This document shows positions 1 through 10,142 of a DNA stretch of 64,000 nt, piece after piece. The position numbers and the translations under genes were made by a program. Source of the DNA: an uncultured Methanosarcinaceae archaeon (GTDB lineage Archaea > Halobacteriota > Methanosarcinia > Methanosarcinales > Methanosarcinaceae); the NCBI GenBank assembly GCA_963847185.1, contig CAWJYV010000010.1:320001-384000 (forward strand), in the 5' to 3' direction. Position 1 is the stretch's first letter. Each line of letters starts with the position of its first letter. The notes under the pieces are model-generated. The model was not told the origin of the DNA. It saw only the letters and a program-made list of their open reading frames with translations, and ran no database searches.

Positions 1-148
1 GGTTCACTCATAGAAAATTTTTATCACCGAAGAGTATTCTCTAAAAATATATAAAAGATTTTCTTACGTTACCCTTGAATCAAACTCCTGATCAAATCAG
101 GATGTAAGATTCCACCCTTCTTTTGTTTCCATGAAAAGGACAAAAGCA

Positions 149-477
149 TCATAATAGGCTTGTTTCACAAGCCAGAAGAAAAGCACTAAGTTCACTTTCA
201 ATTTCATTCATAGAAAGCATAAAATCTGTTTTTATCCTGAAAATTAGCTTTTCAGGCTCTACACAGCAAAAAGTAGTTGGTTCACCCTCAGTAGTTTATC
301 CTGACATATCCTTTTTCCACTTCTGAAGGCTCCCTAGATTTTGGACTTGTGACTCCGGCATTTTCTGCAACCAGCTGGCTTGTACCAGCTTAAGACAGAT
401 AAGCATGCATAGATTTCTGCTCGTTTCCAGTAAAACCTGATTTCTGAAGATTTTCTACAATTTTAAGATCATTTCAT
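149..477 (-). pseudogene. TrmB-family HTH transcriptional regulator, multiply frameshifted
   Basis: Fragments stitched across frames read NDLKIVENLQKSGFTGNE...AENAGV...EKGYVRI...EGEPTTFCCVEPEKLIFRIKTDFMLSMNEIESELSA, a TrmB-type N-terminal wHTH pattern. It lies directly downstream of marR on the same strand. Confidence 0.6.
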
Positions 478-500
478 TTCCGCTTTTTCCTATCCTCTAG

Positions 501-971
501 TTAAGCAGACTTAGCTTGTTGACTAGCAGCTTTCCTTAAAATCCTCACTATTGTCTCGAGACTCTGTATATAATCCTCTATATCCTTCTCATCTGCAAGC
601 TTAAGGATTTCATCAGTGATTTGATTAGAATAGTCATAACATTCTAATCCCTTCTCAGTCAACGAAACAAGCACTTTCCTTCGGTCTTCAGGATCACTTT
701 TCCGAAACACCATCCCTTTCTTTTCAAGATCATCAATCATCCGGGTGAGGCTGCTTTTATCCATGCCTGTGTAATTCCCGATCGTTGAGGGCATAATCTC
801 ACCTTCCATGCCAATGATCTTGATCACCATAGGCTGATTCTTGCTCAGTCCCTTAAATTTACTAATAATTTTTTTCTGAAAAGTTTGTTCAAAAATCAAA
901 TTATCAAGAGCATCTCTTTCCATCATAAGAAGAATTATCTTCTTCAACATTGCTTCATCCATTTTATCCAC
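501..971 (-). CDS. MarR-family transcriptional regulator
   Basis: DKSSLTRMIDDLEKKGMVFRKSDPEDRRKVLVSLTEKG is the MarR wHTH signature (DxRx...LTxxG). Confidence 0.93.
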   Translation of the reverse strand: MDKMDEAMLKKIILLMMERDALDNLIFEQTFQKKIISKFKGLSKNQPMVIKIIGMEGEIMPSTIGNYTGMDKSSLTRMIDDLEKKGMVFRKSDPEDRRKVLVSLTEKGLECYDYSNQITDEILKLADEKDIEDYIQSLETIVRILRKAASQQAKSA

Positions 972-1097
972 TGTTCCTACCTATCTCGATTCTGCAGGTT
1001 ATAAAGCGTGTTTTTCCAGACAATAATTTAGGAGATAAATAAATTAAAATAATATTTATTTTTCAGTTATAATAAAGAGATAATTGAAATGGGAATG

Positions 1098-1111
1098 GTT
1101 GATAAATCAAC
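1098..1111. promoter_or_regulatory. Palindromic operator GTTGAT-AA-ATCAAC, probable MarR autoregulatory site
   Basis: Perfect 6-bp inverted repeat just downstream (minus strand) of a TATA-like TTAAATAT, upstream of marR. Confidence 0.5.
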
Positions 1112-1330
1112 ATCATCTTAAACATATTTAAGCTCCACAGTTTATTTGTACACAAAAAACTCTAAAGTGCCAAAATGACTGCTTAAATTCTGCAAAAAAA
1201 TCCAATAATCTGTCCTTTTGAACTCAAAAACCCTTTAACAAGAAATTAATAGAAAGGAAGGTCAGATACCCTTTAAAAGTGTAAAAAAATATTTAATGAG
1301 TACTTAACAGACACGTAACAAACGCATAAT

Positions 1331-1393
1331 AAATACTGAAAAAGAAATGAAAATGTAACAAATACTGAAAAAGAAATGAAAATGTAACAAATA
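1331..1393. repeat. 29-bp perfect tandem duplication
   Basis: AAATACTGAAAAAGAAATGAAAATGTAAC x2 plus a partial copy. Confidence 0.9.
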
Positions 1394-1596
1394 GATAATA
1401 AAATGGGTTTTATTTCTGAATTATTTCCAGCATTTTATTTTCGGAAATAAAGATGATTAAAAGGTTTAAAATAGAATCAGGCTAAAGACTTAGAACCTGG
1501 CTACAAAATTAATTTTATTTAAATTTATCTCACCATCATCCTCTGCCTGGGGGCCTGTTCCTGAAAGAAACGCTTCTTGAGATCAAATCTTCATTT

Positions 1597-3084
1597 ATGG
1601 ACTACTTTAAAGAGAGGGAAGCTGAAATTAACGGCTCTCTTCTTGCAGTACTGTCTGGGGAAAATATCCTCTTCCTCGGACCGCCTGGAACGGCAAAAAC
1701 CCAACTTGCAAAAAACATCTGTCAATCTATCGAAGGAGGGAACTTCTTTAACTACCTCCTTACCAGTTTTTCAACTCCTGAGGAGATCTTTGGTCCCCTT
1801 TCCTTAAAAGCCCTGGAAGAAGACGAATTCCGCCGAAAAATAGACGGCTGCCTTCCTACTGCTCACATTGCTTTACTTGATGAGATCTTTAAAGCGAGCA
1901 GTGCAATTTTAAACAGTATGCTTACAATTCTGAATGAGCATAAGTACCATAATGGGAGAGAAATTGTAGATGTACCTCTCCTTTCAGTTTTCGGAGCATC
2001 AAATGAACTTCCTGACGAAGACGAGAGCCTCGAAGCCCTTTATGACCGCTTCTTGTTCAGATATAGACTCTCTTACATCCAGGATGATGAAAACTTCCGA
2101 AATCTCCTTTTCCGAAATCCTGAGGATTTTGCTCCCTGTACACAAATTTCGGTCTTCGAAATAGAAGAACTCCGCAAGAGTGCAAAATCCATTCCTGTTG
2201 ACCCTGATGTTGAAGTAATAATAACTGAGCTTCGAAAAGTCCTTCAGATTCAGGAAATCGAAATTTCGGATAGGCGCTGGAAAAAAGTTATACAGGTCCT
2301 GAAAGTTGCAGCCTGCAGCAGCGGGTGCTCGGCTGTTGATCGGACAGCAGCTCTTTTACTCCAGCATATGCTCTGGAACCTTCCTGAGGAAAGGGAAACC
2401 ATAAGAAAAAGGGTCTTCGAGCATGTGGTCTCAGGAGGGGTCAGTACCGAAAAACTCTACCTTGATGCTGAGGATCTGAAAAATGCCCTGTATACTGCCC
2501 TGAATAACGAACTCCCGGCAGAAGTCACCTGTGATAGCTGCGGGGAAAAATTCAGGCTCAGGCAGGAAATAGAAGCTCACCATACTGCCTATCCGAACCA
2601 TAGTTATACTCTTAAAAGAGAAGGGGACTCAAGAATCTATACCTACGAGAACCTTGTGAAAGAAATTGATTCTTTTTATAAAAATTTGGAGAAGCAAAGC
2701 AACTTATCCCCGACCCAGAGAGAGATTTTCAAAAAAGAATTAGATGCCCTGGCTGGTAGGGCAAAAAATATAAAACAAAGGCTTGAGGAAGAAAGGGGAC
2801 TTTTCAGGAACCTGATGGAAGCAAATATCTGGCTTTCGACCCTGGACAGGAACGAAGCCCTGCTTTTGCACGATACAAAAAATGTGGAACTGGCCGAAAT
2901 CGAGGTTCTAATTAAAGAAATAAAAACTACTCTTGGAATTCAGGACAGCGGACCTTATACTACAAAACAGCATTCTTCAGGCTTGCAGCCTGCAAGACTG
3001 GAAGCAAATATAGAGGAACGTGATTCGGACAGCAACACAGGCGGATTTATAAGAGGGCTTGGATCGAGGTTCAAGTTTAGATGA
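1597..3084 (+). CDS. MoxR/RavA-type AAA+ ATPase
   Basis: Walker A GPPGTAKT, Walker B LLDEIFKASSAILN, ASNELP, ALYDRF and ISDRRW are RavA-subfamily motifs. The frame is open back to a CTG at 1561, a possible true start. Confidence 0.92.
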   Translation: MDYFKEREAEINGSLLAVLSGENILFLGPPGTAKTQLAKNICQSIEGGNFFNYLLTSFSTPEEIFGPLSLKALEEDEFRRKIDGCLPTAHIALLDEIFKASSAILNSMLTILNEHKYHNGREIVDVPLLSVFGASNELPDEDESLEALYDRFLFRYRLSYIQDDENFRNLLFRNPEDFAPCTQISVFEIEELRKSAKSIPVDPDVEVIITELRKVLQIQEIEISDRRWKKVIQVLKVAACSSGCSAVDRTAALLLQHMLWNLPEERETIRKRVFEHVVSGGVSTEKLYLDAEDLKNALYTALNNELPAEVTCDSCGEKFRLRQEIEAHHTAYPNHSYTLKREGDSRIYTYENLVKEIDSFYKNLEKQSNLSPTQREIFKKELDALAGRAKNIKQRLEEERGLFRNLMEANIWLSTLDRNEALLLHDTKNVELAEIEVLIKEIKTTLGIQDSGPYTTKQHSSGLQPARLEANIEERDSDSNTGGFIRGLGSRFKFR

Positions 3085-3295
3085 TAGGGAAAGCCTGGGT
3101 TAAAATTTTAAAAAAAATAAGTTTATCTTAAGTAAGGTTTCATGAGACAGAGGTGTTGATACGAAAGATTCGGCCAGTTTTCTAAACAGCCTGAACAGTA
3201 CCTCCTCTGAATCTCACTCTTTTTTTTCCAGAAGCAGGTCGTGGCATGAATCTCTTACGGTTCAGAAGCAAACCGCCTTACTGCTGGAAAGGGAA

Positions 3296-4813
3296 TTGAG
3301 AAGTACTATCGCTTTTCCCAGGATTCTCCCCCGACCCCTGCGTGAGAAAATTGCTGAGATAATCGCATTTGAAATCCTTTTCGGGCAGCCTTACGAAATA
3401 AAGGACCCTGAAAAGTTTATAAGGCATTTTGGGGGCTTCTATCCTATTTATCTGGCTTTGAAAAACTCTAAACCCTGGCCCAAACTTCGAAAGATCTCAA
3501 AAAAGAGCCAGAAAGCTGGAATTGCCTGCCTGAAGCTCCTTCTCCCTCTGATATATTCCCTGATGGAACGTATTGCAGCAGAAGGAGATTCTGAACCAGG
3601 TGCAGGAACATTTGAGGAACTGAATGAAGAGATGAAAGCTATTTTGAGAGAATTTGAAAAAATCCTCAAAGACACTCTTCTCTTATGGGAAAACAGTAAT
3701 TCAAACGAATTATCCGGGAAATTTCAGGATCTTAATCGAAATCCAGAGCAATCTGATATTTACGGAAATGTCATTAGCCTTATGCAGATGGAAGGCTACC
3801 AGGCCTTTCTGGAGGGCAAGATGGAAGAGCTGTACCTGCGGATGCAGGAGTTCATTTCGGAAATGGTAGAGAACCTGGACCTTTTTGATACTCTTGCTCT
3901 TCTATTCCCAGAAAGAAACTGGACTTATTCCATAAAGGAGCTTAAAAAAGAACCTTTCTACCTGCAGCTTAAGACGCTGAAAAATTACTCCTCCTTTTTT
4001 GAAAAAAGTCCTGATCTAAGAAAAATTGTTGATTTTATCGGCAGGAGAGAGTTTGACCCTCCAGCTAACCGCATACGCTTCTCTCCTTTCGGAAAAAACA
4101 GGATACAAACAGTTCGTTTCTCAGATTCCATCAATAACCTCCTTCCTATAGAAGCCGAAAAACTCCTGAATCCGTCACTAAAAAGGAAGTTCTATGCAGA
4201 TATGCATGAGGGAAAACTCCTGAGCTACCAGCTTCTTGGAAAACACTATACGGGCCCTCCGCGAATAAAGCCAAGAGGCCCTATGATTGTGCTTGTTGAT
4301 ACCTCAGGCTCTATGCATGGAGCTCCCCAGACCCTTGCCAAGGCTGCAGTGCTTGCTATGGCAAAAAGAATGCTCTTCCAGCAAAGAGACATGAAAGTTA
4401 TCCTTTTCGCCTCTACAAGCCAGCACCTGGAAATAGAACTCAGCAGCAGAAAAAAGATGCCTGAAAAATTTCTGAACTTCCTTCTCTACACCTTTGGAGG
4501 AGGAACGGACTTCAATACTGCCCTTGCCTCAGGCCTCAAATCCCTTAAAGAAAAGGACTTCCAGGGTGCAGACCTGCTTTTCATTACAGACGGAAAGTCC
4601 CAAGTTTCTGACGAGCTTGTGCTCGCCCGCTGGGAAGAGGCAAAAAAGAAATACAACGCAAAGGTTTACTCGCTAATAGTTGGGAGTAGCGGAGCAGGCG
4701 GGCTTTCGGAAATTTCGGATTATACCTATTTTGTGGAAATGGAACTTGATTCTGAAGGCACTGGCGGGTTTGTGAGACTAATAGAGCTGGATAAGAAAGA
4801 ACAGGGTGTCTAA
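3296..4813 (+). CDS. VWA-domain protein (ViaA-like partner of RavA)
   Basis: MIDAS motif VDTSGSM, GGGTDF and FITDG. Follows the AAA ATPase. The start is uncertain because the frame stays open about 150 nt further upstream without an ATG. Confidence 0.9.
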   Translation: MRSTIAFPRILPRPLREKIAEIIAFEILFGQPYEIKDPEKFIRHFGGFYPIYLALKNSKPWPKLRKISKKSQKAGIACLKLLLPLIYSLMERIAAEGDSEPGAGTFEELNEEMKAILREFEKILKDTLLLWENSNSNELSGKFQDLNRNPEQSDIYGNVISLMQMEGYQAFLEGKMEELYLRMQEFISEMVENLDLFDTLALLFPERNWTYSIKELKKEPFYLQLKTLKNYSSFFEKSPDLRKIVDFIGRREFDPPANRIRFSPFGKNRIQTVRFSDSINNLLPIEAEKLLNPSLKRKFYADMHEGKLLSYQLLGKHYTGPPRIKPRGPMIVLVDTSGSMHGAPQTLAKAAVLAMAKRMLFQQRDMKVILFASTSQHLEIELSSRKKMPEKFLNFLLYTFGGGTDFNTALASGLKSLKEKDFQGADLLFITDGKSQVSDELVLARWEEAKKKYNAKVYSLIVGSSGAGGLSEISDYTYFVEMELDSEGTGGFVRLIELDKKEQGV

Positions 4814-5062
4814 ACAAATATATCATGCAGTTTATATAATATTTTTTGAAAACAAGAATTTTAAACAAATAATCTATTTTAAACAAATAACCTACTTTGC
4901 GTAAATTTTTTAAAGAATCCTATAATGAAAACAATAGCATTAGCAACGCATAACTTCTATTTTAAGATTTAATATCATAAAATTTATAAGGGAGATGTTT
5001 AATATCTAAATTAAGGAGTTAATACAGTAAAAACAGTAAAAACAGTAAGGAGGAGTCAAAAT

Positions 5063-5362
5063 ATGACGTGGGTATTTAAAGAATATTCGGATTTGCCCGG
5101 CAAATTCGAAAAGAAATCTTTTGAGCTGGCATTACTGGAAAGAGAATGCCGGAAAAAGAAGAGGGAGCTTTACAGAAAACGTGAAGCCCATGAAAGAGTA
5201 GATCCAAACCTTCTCGAAACAATTGAAGACCTTAATTCCAGGATAGTTAATTATCAACTCAGCCTTGTGAAAAGACAGGAACATATAAGAGAAATTCTAC
5301 AGGAATTTGATTCGCATCTCGATGACATGGATTTAGAAGAGCTTCATACTGTATTAAAATGA
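5063..5362 (+). CDS. Small coiled-coil hypothetical protein
   Basis: Strong RBS (GGAGGAG) before the ATG, charged helical sequence, downstream hairpin terminator. Confidence 0.75.
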   Translation: MTWVFKEYSDLPGKFEKKSFELALLERECRKKKRELYRKREAHERVDPNLLETIEDLNSRIVNYQLSLVKRQEHIREILQEFDSHLDDMDLEELHTVLK

Positions 5363-5456
5363 ATAGTAATCATAGATTATGAGGCTAATGAGTTTTCCAG
5401 TAAAATTTGTTCTTTTCTCCAATTCTGATTTCTTAAATGATCCAGCCTAAACTTAC

Positions 5457-5490
5457 AGGAGTGCGCTATCTGGTTTGTGTGCTCCTTTTC
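5457..5490 (+). terminator. Hairpin plus T-tract terminator
   Basis: AGGAGTGCG...TGTGCTCCT (with G-U pairs) followed by TTT. Confidence 0.5.
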
Positions 5491-5617
5491 GACTTTTCCG
5501 GATTAATTAAAAAAGGGATGAGATCTTTTGAGACGAATACCCATTATGCAGGCTATAAGAGAGACACATTAATACAGGCATAAGCCTTTTTCAGTAAAGC
5601 TCTTTTCAGGTGAAAAA

Positions 5618-6076
5618 ATGGGAAGCCAGAAAATCCACTATGAACTCCAGCAGATAGAAGAGATTCTCTCAAAAGCCAAATTTCTTCACCTTGCCCTCTC
5701 AGATGCAGAGACTCCCTATATCGTCCCCATGGCCTTCGGGTATAAAGAAAATGCTATTTATCTCCACAGCTCTCAGAAAGGCAAGAAAATTGAGATTCTT
5801 AAAAGAAATTCCAGAGTTTGCTTCGAAGCCGATATTGAAACTGAAGTAATGACCGCTGACGATCCATGCAAATACAATGTCCGCTACAGGAGTGTCATCG
5901 GATACGGGCAGGCTAAGTTTCTGGAGGACTACGGCGAAAAAGTAGAAGGGCTTACTGTCCTGTCCGAGCATTACGGAAAAAAGGGACCTTTTGAGTTTGA
6001 AGAGTGGAAGGTTAACAGGCTGTGTGTGATAAAGATTGAGATAGAAGAAATGACCGGAAAAGAGAATAGGTTCTAA
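5618..6076 (+). CDS. Pyridoxamine 5'-phosphate oxidase-like flavin-binding protein (NimA-like)
   Basis: PYIVPMAFGY...IYLHSSQKGKKIEILKRNSRVCFE...YRSVIGYG. Confidence 0.9.
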   Translation: MGSQKIHYELQQIEEILSKAKFLHLALSDAETPYIVPMAFGYKENAIYLHSSQKGKKIEILKRNSRVCFEADIETEVMTADDPCKYNVRYRSVIGYGQAKFLEDYGEKVEGLTVLSEHYGKKGPFEFEEWKVNRLCVIKIEIEEMTGKENRF

Positions 6077-6242
6077 TCTATGACGTTTCTGAGAATTTTA
6101 CTGTAAATCATTGTAAAACAATAAATTTTACAGTAAACTTGAATTTCAAATTTACCGTAAAATATTTTCCATTATAGCAATAAAGAATCTATTCAGAGAC
6201 AAAAGTTTAGCTTAATTATTTCATTTCCAAATTAGTAAACTT

Positions 6243-7073
6243 TTAGCCCAGATAATAAGCAAAAGCACTCAAAACCAGCCTGATTAAAGAAAAAACAACC
6301 GAAACCATCGAAAAAGCCAGCAAATAAACATTCAGAGCCAGAATACCCATGAAAAAACTGGAGATGTCAGCATTAAGAATCAGGGCTATTATATTTACCA
6401 GCAATATGAAAATGAATATTGTGACCAGGCCCCTTCCTGCTCCCTTAAGGTCTTGTTTACTCAGGGCTATATGAGAAGAAATCCCGATTGCAAGGGCAAA
6501 ATAGATCCAGAAGCTTACTGAAATCATGTTTTCTGGCGAGAAAATGCTTTTAAAAAGTTCAGCTGTCAACGTGAAGATTTTCGTCATTATATACTCGTTT
6601 GGCTGGCTGGCGTCAAGGCTCAGATAGTTTGTAAAGGTTGCAAAGGAATTAGGCAAGAAAAGGTACATTCCAAGGATTAGAGCTGCCGTTCCACTAAAAA
6701 TGGGGCCCATGCCTATGAAAAAGTTTCCTATTTTCTGATATAGGCTTTTTGTATTCCACCTGTGGTTGACGTACCCAAGGACTCCATCCTTTGCTTTCCT
6801 GTCAAAAAGCTTGAATTCACTTACCTCATGCCTGAAAAGGTAGCACATCAGCAGGTGGCCCAGTTCGTGGACCGGGGTTCCTATCCAGGCTGTAAGCATA
6901 ATGCCTTTCCAGCCAAAAGCTCTCTGAACATAGAAATTCGATCTGTTCTCGATAATCCCCAGCACCATGCCTATAAGGATCAGAGAACCTGTGACGCAGA
7001 GGGTTTCGAACAGGCTTAATCGAAAAATAGTTAATAATTCGTTTTCCAATTTTTTCAACTTCCTAATTTTCAA
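6243..7073 (-). CDS. Integral membrane HExxH zinc metalloprotease-like protein (M50-like)
   Basis: GTPVHELGH, LGYVNH, FFIGMGP, HIALSKQD and several TM segments. Start uncertain. Confidence 0.75.
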   Translation of the reverse strand: MKIRKLKKLENELLTIFRLSLFETLCVTGSLILIGMVLGIIENRSNFYVQRAFGWKGIMLTAWIGTPVHELGHLLMCYLFRHEVSEFKLFDRKAKDGVLGYVNHRWNTKSLYQKIGNFFIGMGPIFSGTAALILGMYLFLPNSFATFTNYLSLDASQPNEYIMTKIFTLTAELFKSIFSPENMISVSFWIYFALAIGISSHIALSKQDLKGAGRGLVTIFIFILLVNIIALILNADISSFFMGILALNVYLLAFSMVSVVFSLIRLVLSAFAYYLG

Positions 7074-7357
7074 CTTCCTTTTACTTCTAACTCCCTTTTA
7101 TTATATAAGGAGAACTTCATGCCTCCAGATTAATCAAGAGTGAAATTCCACTATAGTTTTGCTTCTTAAATGAGTTTATTTCTTAATATTACGGGATTGA
7201 AGAAGTATAATCCTCATGCTTGTGCCCGCTAAATTCAAAAAATCTGAAAAGGAAAAGTTGAAAGAGTCAACTACCTATTTCCGAGCCGGCTAATAGACGT
7301 TCATGTTTAAGTCCCAAAAATCACTGTGGTTTGCGAAATCAAACCAGATTGATTCTT

Positions 7358-7759
7358 TCAACAAGCTTCGATGTCATTTTCGCTTGAAAGATCAAACCAG
7401 ACAGGGTTTTTGTCTTCAGGGTCCCAGTTATAGTTTATTGTAATTTCTTCGCCTTCCTGGATATCTCTGATACAAACATATTTTAAAAGTCTGTTGTCAA
7501 AGTCTTTGTAGTATCTTGCGTTAGGGGTGTACGAATGGTTGTAAAGAGAACCGTAGCCCAGTGCAATAGCTGCATCTTTTGATTCCGGACCCCAGGCAAA
7601 GTAATAATTGTAAAGCTGAGTAAGCTCAAGTGAATCTATTTCTTCGGAGGATAAGACTATTACAGGGGAGATTTCTATCACTTCATCTTTTTTAAAATTC
7701 CTCTGTGCAAATACTCCCCTACCTTTTCCTGGTGAATCTTTCACGCATATAGACAACAT
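7358..7759 (-). CDS. SET-domain protein-lysine methyltransferase
   Basis: GKGRGVFA, YNHSYTPNA and IQEGEEITINY SET motifs. The ATG at 7759 is preferred over the longer ORF-track start. Confidence 0.93.
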   Translation of the reverse strand: MLSICVKDSPGKGRGVFAQRNFKKDEVIEISPVIVLSSEEIDSLELTQLYNYYFAWGPESKDAAIALGYGSLYNHSYTPNARYYKDFDNRLLKYVCIRDIQEGEEITINYNWDPEDKNPVWFDLSSENDIEAC

Positions 7760-8013
7760 ATGACCACGTTCCTGCAGGATATTAAAAATTGTCTGAGAAC
7801 TTTTTTGAATTATTTTAGTATTTTGAAAATTCAAATAATTTATAGGTTTCCCTCTGAAAAGATATGGGGTGATCCAGAAATTATTCCAAAAATTAAAAAT
7901 GTCTGGACAATTAAAATAATCCTGTAAACACAAAAAGAAAGAACTTCAAACTAGTTCCAGTTACTAAATTTGTTCTGGATAATCAGGCAATTCTATAATC
8001 GGTTTTACTACAT

Positions 8014-9336
8014 TCAATCCTTAGCCAGTGAGACTTCCTGGGAATCATCATGACTTACAGGTTCCTTTTTGAATTCAGGGCCTTTATCCGTGCTCTTGAG
8101 AAACCTGAAGTAACCAAGCCCGATTAAAAAGATCGGATATATAATTTTCCAGGAAAATCCGGAAGCCAGAAAGCTAAGAGACAGAAGAGAAAGAATCGAG
8201 AAAACCCACCTTTGCCAGCCAGATTCTGTTTTCCAGTAAGCAATTATGATAAACCCGCATAGGAAAATAAAATTCTGGTTTACAAGTAGCATCATAGAAG
8301 TAAGAGGAAACTTGAAGACGTAGCTCCCCGCTATCAGGAAAACAGACAGTCCATAGAGGCCCACAAGGCTGTATACGGGAATATCTTTTTTTGAGAGTTT
8401 TCCGAAGATTGCAGGGAAAACACCTGTCCTGCCCCCGGCATAGATCAGTCGGCTTGCCGTAAAATTCCAGGAACATGCATTTGCTGCAAGCACCACAACT
8501 ATAAACCATACAAGAAAGTTTCCTCCAGGCGTGAGCAGGACAAGACCTGAAAGACCCGCAGCACCCTTAAGAGAAACACCTGCAGTACTGGCTCCGACGC
8601 TTATCAGGGCAAGAACAATATAAATTGCAGCTACAAGAGCAAAACTCAGCCAGTAGAGGCGAGGCACGTTTTTTTCCGGATTCTCCATTTCTCCCAGGGA
8701 AAAAGAAAGGTTCTCCCAGCCCAGAAAGGCCCAGAAAAGAAGGGCTGTTACTTCCCAGACCGCACTCGGGCTTACACTTCCTGTCCCATTCAGGGCTTCT
8801 CTGGCAATTTCCAGGCCTGAACCGAGGAAATCAAGGTTAAAAATAATAAGCAGGCTAATTAGCAGGAAAAGTATCGTAAGGGCCATGTAATTGATCAGGG
8901 TAATAGCTCTTGTTCCAAACAGGTTTGAGAGAAACATGAGGGTTACAAGAAAGATTGCAAAAAGAGCAACTCCCGATTCTGAGACCGGAAAAAGCTGCCG
9001 AACATATTCGCTGCCAATGAGAGCAACAGCAGGAAGCCCGAAAAGGAAAGATCCACCTACAAGGTAAGAGACCGAATATTTTCCCCAGGGCCCGACAGCT
9101 TCCTCGGCATAGCCTGCAAGGCCGGCAGTCGAAGGGAATTTCAGGCCGAGGCGTGAGCAGATCTGAACTCTTGGAATGGTTACAAGAGCTATAAGGAGCC
9201 ATCCAATTATTGCTTCATATGCATTTCCAGCGCCAAGAGCCAGGCCAGGCAGTGCAAGGATTCCTGTGCCTATAAGCATGCAGATTGCAAGCCCTATGCC
9301 TCGCCTGAGAGTGATTGTTTTTCTTAGTTCGGTCAT
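8014..9336 (-). CDS. APC-family amino acid permease
   Basis: IGTGILALPG, FWAFLGWE...EMENPEKNVPR, about 12 TM segments. Confidence 0.9.
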   Translation of the reverse strand: MTELRKTITLRRGIGLAICMLIGTGILALPGLALGAGNAYEAIIGWLLIALVTIPRVQICSRLGLKFPSTAGLAGYAEEAVGPWGKYSVSYLVGGSFLFGLPAVALIGSEYVRQLFPVSESGVALFAIFLVTLMFLSNLFGTRAITLINYMALTILFLLISLLIIFNLDFLGSGLEIAREALNGTGSVSPSAVWEVTALLFWAFLGWENLSFSLGEMENPEKNVPRLYWLSFALVAAIYIVLALISVGASTAGVSLKGAAGLSGLVLLTPGGNFLVWFIVVVLAANACSWNFTASRLIYAGGRTGVFPAIFGKLSKKDIPVYSLVGLYGLSVFLIAGSYVFKFPLTSMMLLVNQNFIFLCGFIIIAYWKTESGWQRWVFSILSLLSLSFLASGFSWKIIYPIFLIGLGYFRFLKSTDKGPEFKKEPVSHDDSQEVSLAKD

Positions 9337-9468
9337 CTTAGTTCCTTAAGTTACCAGTAAAACAATTTGTAATATTTATTTGTTCGCAAACAGGTTCCAG
9401 AATCATTAAATGCACCCATTAACCCATTTCTTACTTATTAACTCATTTCTTCCTTTATTCAACGATCT

Positions 9469-9933
9469 TTACCAGGATAACACACCCAGGTACTGCAAAA
9501 TAGCAATAGAAAGTGCAATAAAACTGAGAATGAGGAACACGCCTGAAATCCGAATGTACCTGTATTTAGTATCCACCATTTTCTCGAATTTTTCCTGTGA
9601 GCTGATGGAAGAATTTATATTGACCTCATAACTTTTTCTGAAGAAAATCATCACAGCAAAAATAAGGCTTAACAGTCACAGGACAAGCGGAGCCAGATAT
9701 ATCAGGACAGAATGCCCTTCTGCCAGTTTTATATCGGAAAATGTAATCGCATGAAAGTAAATCCCCTGAAGCAGACTTGTAATGGTAACAAATTGTTTCG
9801 CCGTATCCTCCACAACTGAAATAGATTCCCCGACAATCTTTTCAGCGTTCTTCTTCCAGAAAGGATTGGGCTCGGAAGGAACGAAAGGAATATCTCCCTC
9901 GCCAGCCCCACTCTCAACTTTCCTCTCAGTCAT
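9469..9933 (-). pseudogene. 3-TM membrane protein (PycTM/DUF5706-like layout) broken by one in-frame TGA
   Basis: ORFs 9676-9969 and 9469-9654 share a frame. Reading through the TGA at 9676-9678 gives LAPLVL*LLSLIFAVMIFF, probably TGG(W) to TGA. The ATG at 9933 is 2 nt after the upstream stop. Confidence 0.75.
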
Positions 9934-9935
9934 GT

Positions 9936-10142
9936 TTATTTTATTTCCCATTCGAATCCTTTCCTGCAATTGGGACAGGCAAGGTCTACATATACGTATT
10001 TAGGAGTCTTTCGGCTGGATACTCTCACAACATTGGAAAAACCTAACCTTACTGCAACAGTTTCCCCATCTTCAACAATTTTTTCTATATCAGTACGGTA
10101 TTTGTACTCGCAGTGAGGGCACTTTATAATTTTCGAATTCAT
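9936..10142 (-). CDS. Small zinc-ribbon protein (CPHC...CPNC)
   Basis: Two CPxC knuckles at the termini. ATGA overlap with the upstream gene. Confidence 0.8.
   Translation of the reverse strand: MNSKIIKCPHCEYKYRTDIEKIVEDGETVAVRLGFSNVVRVSSRKTPKYVYVDLACPNCRKGFEWEIK

Noticed and set aside
9676-9678. In-frame stop as pyrrolysine or selenocysteine recoding
   Set aside because: The codon is TGA rather than the Pyl codon TAG, Methanosarcina is not known to use Sec, and it sits in a TM helix where Trp (TGG) is the simple explanation.
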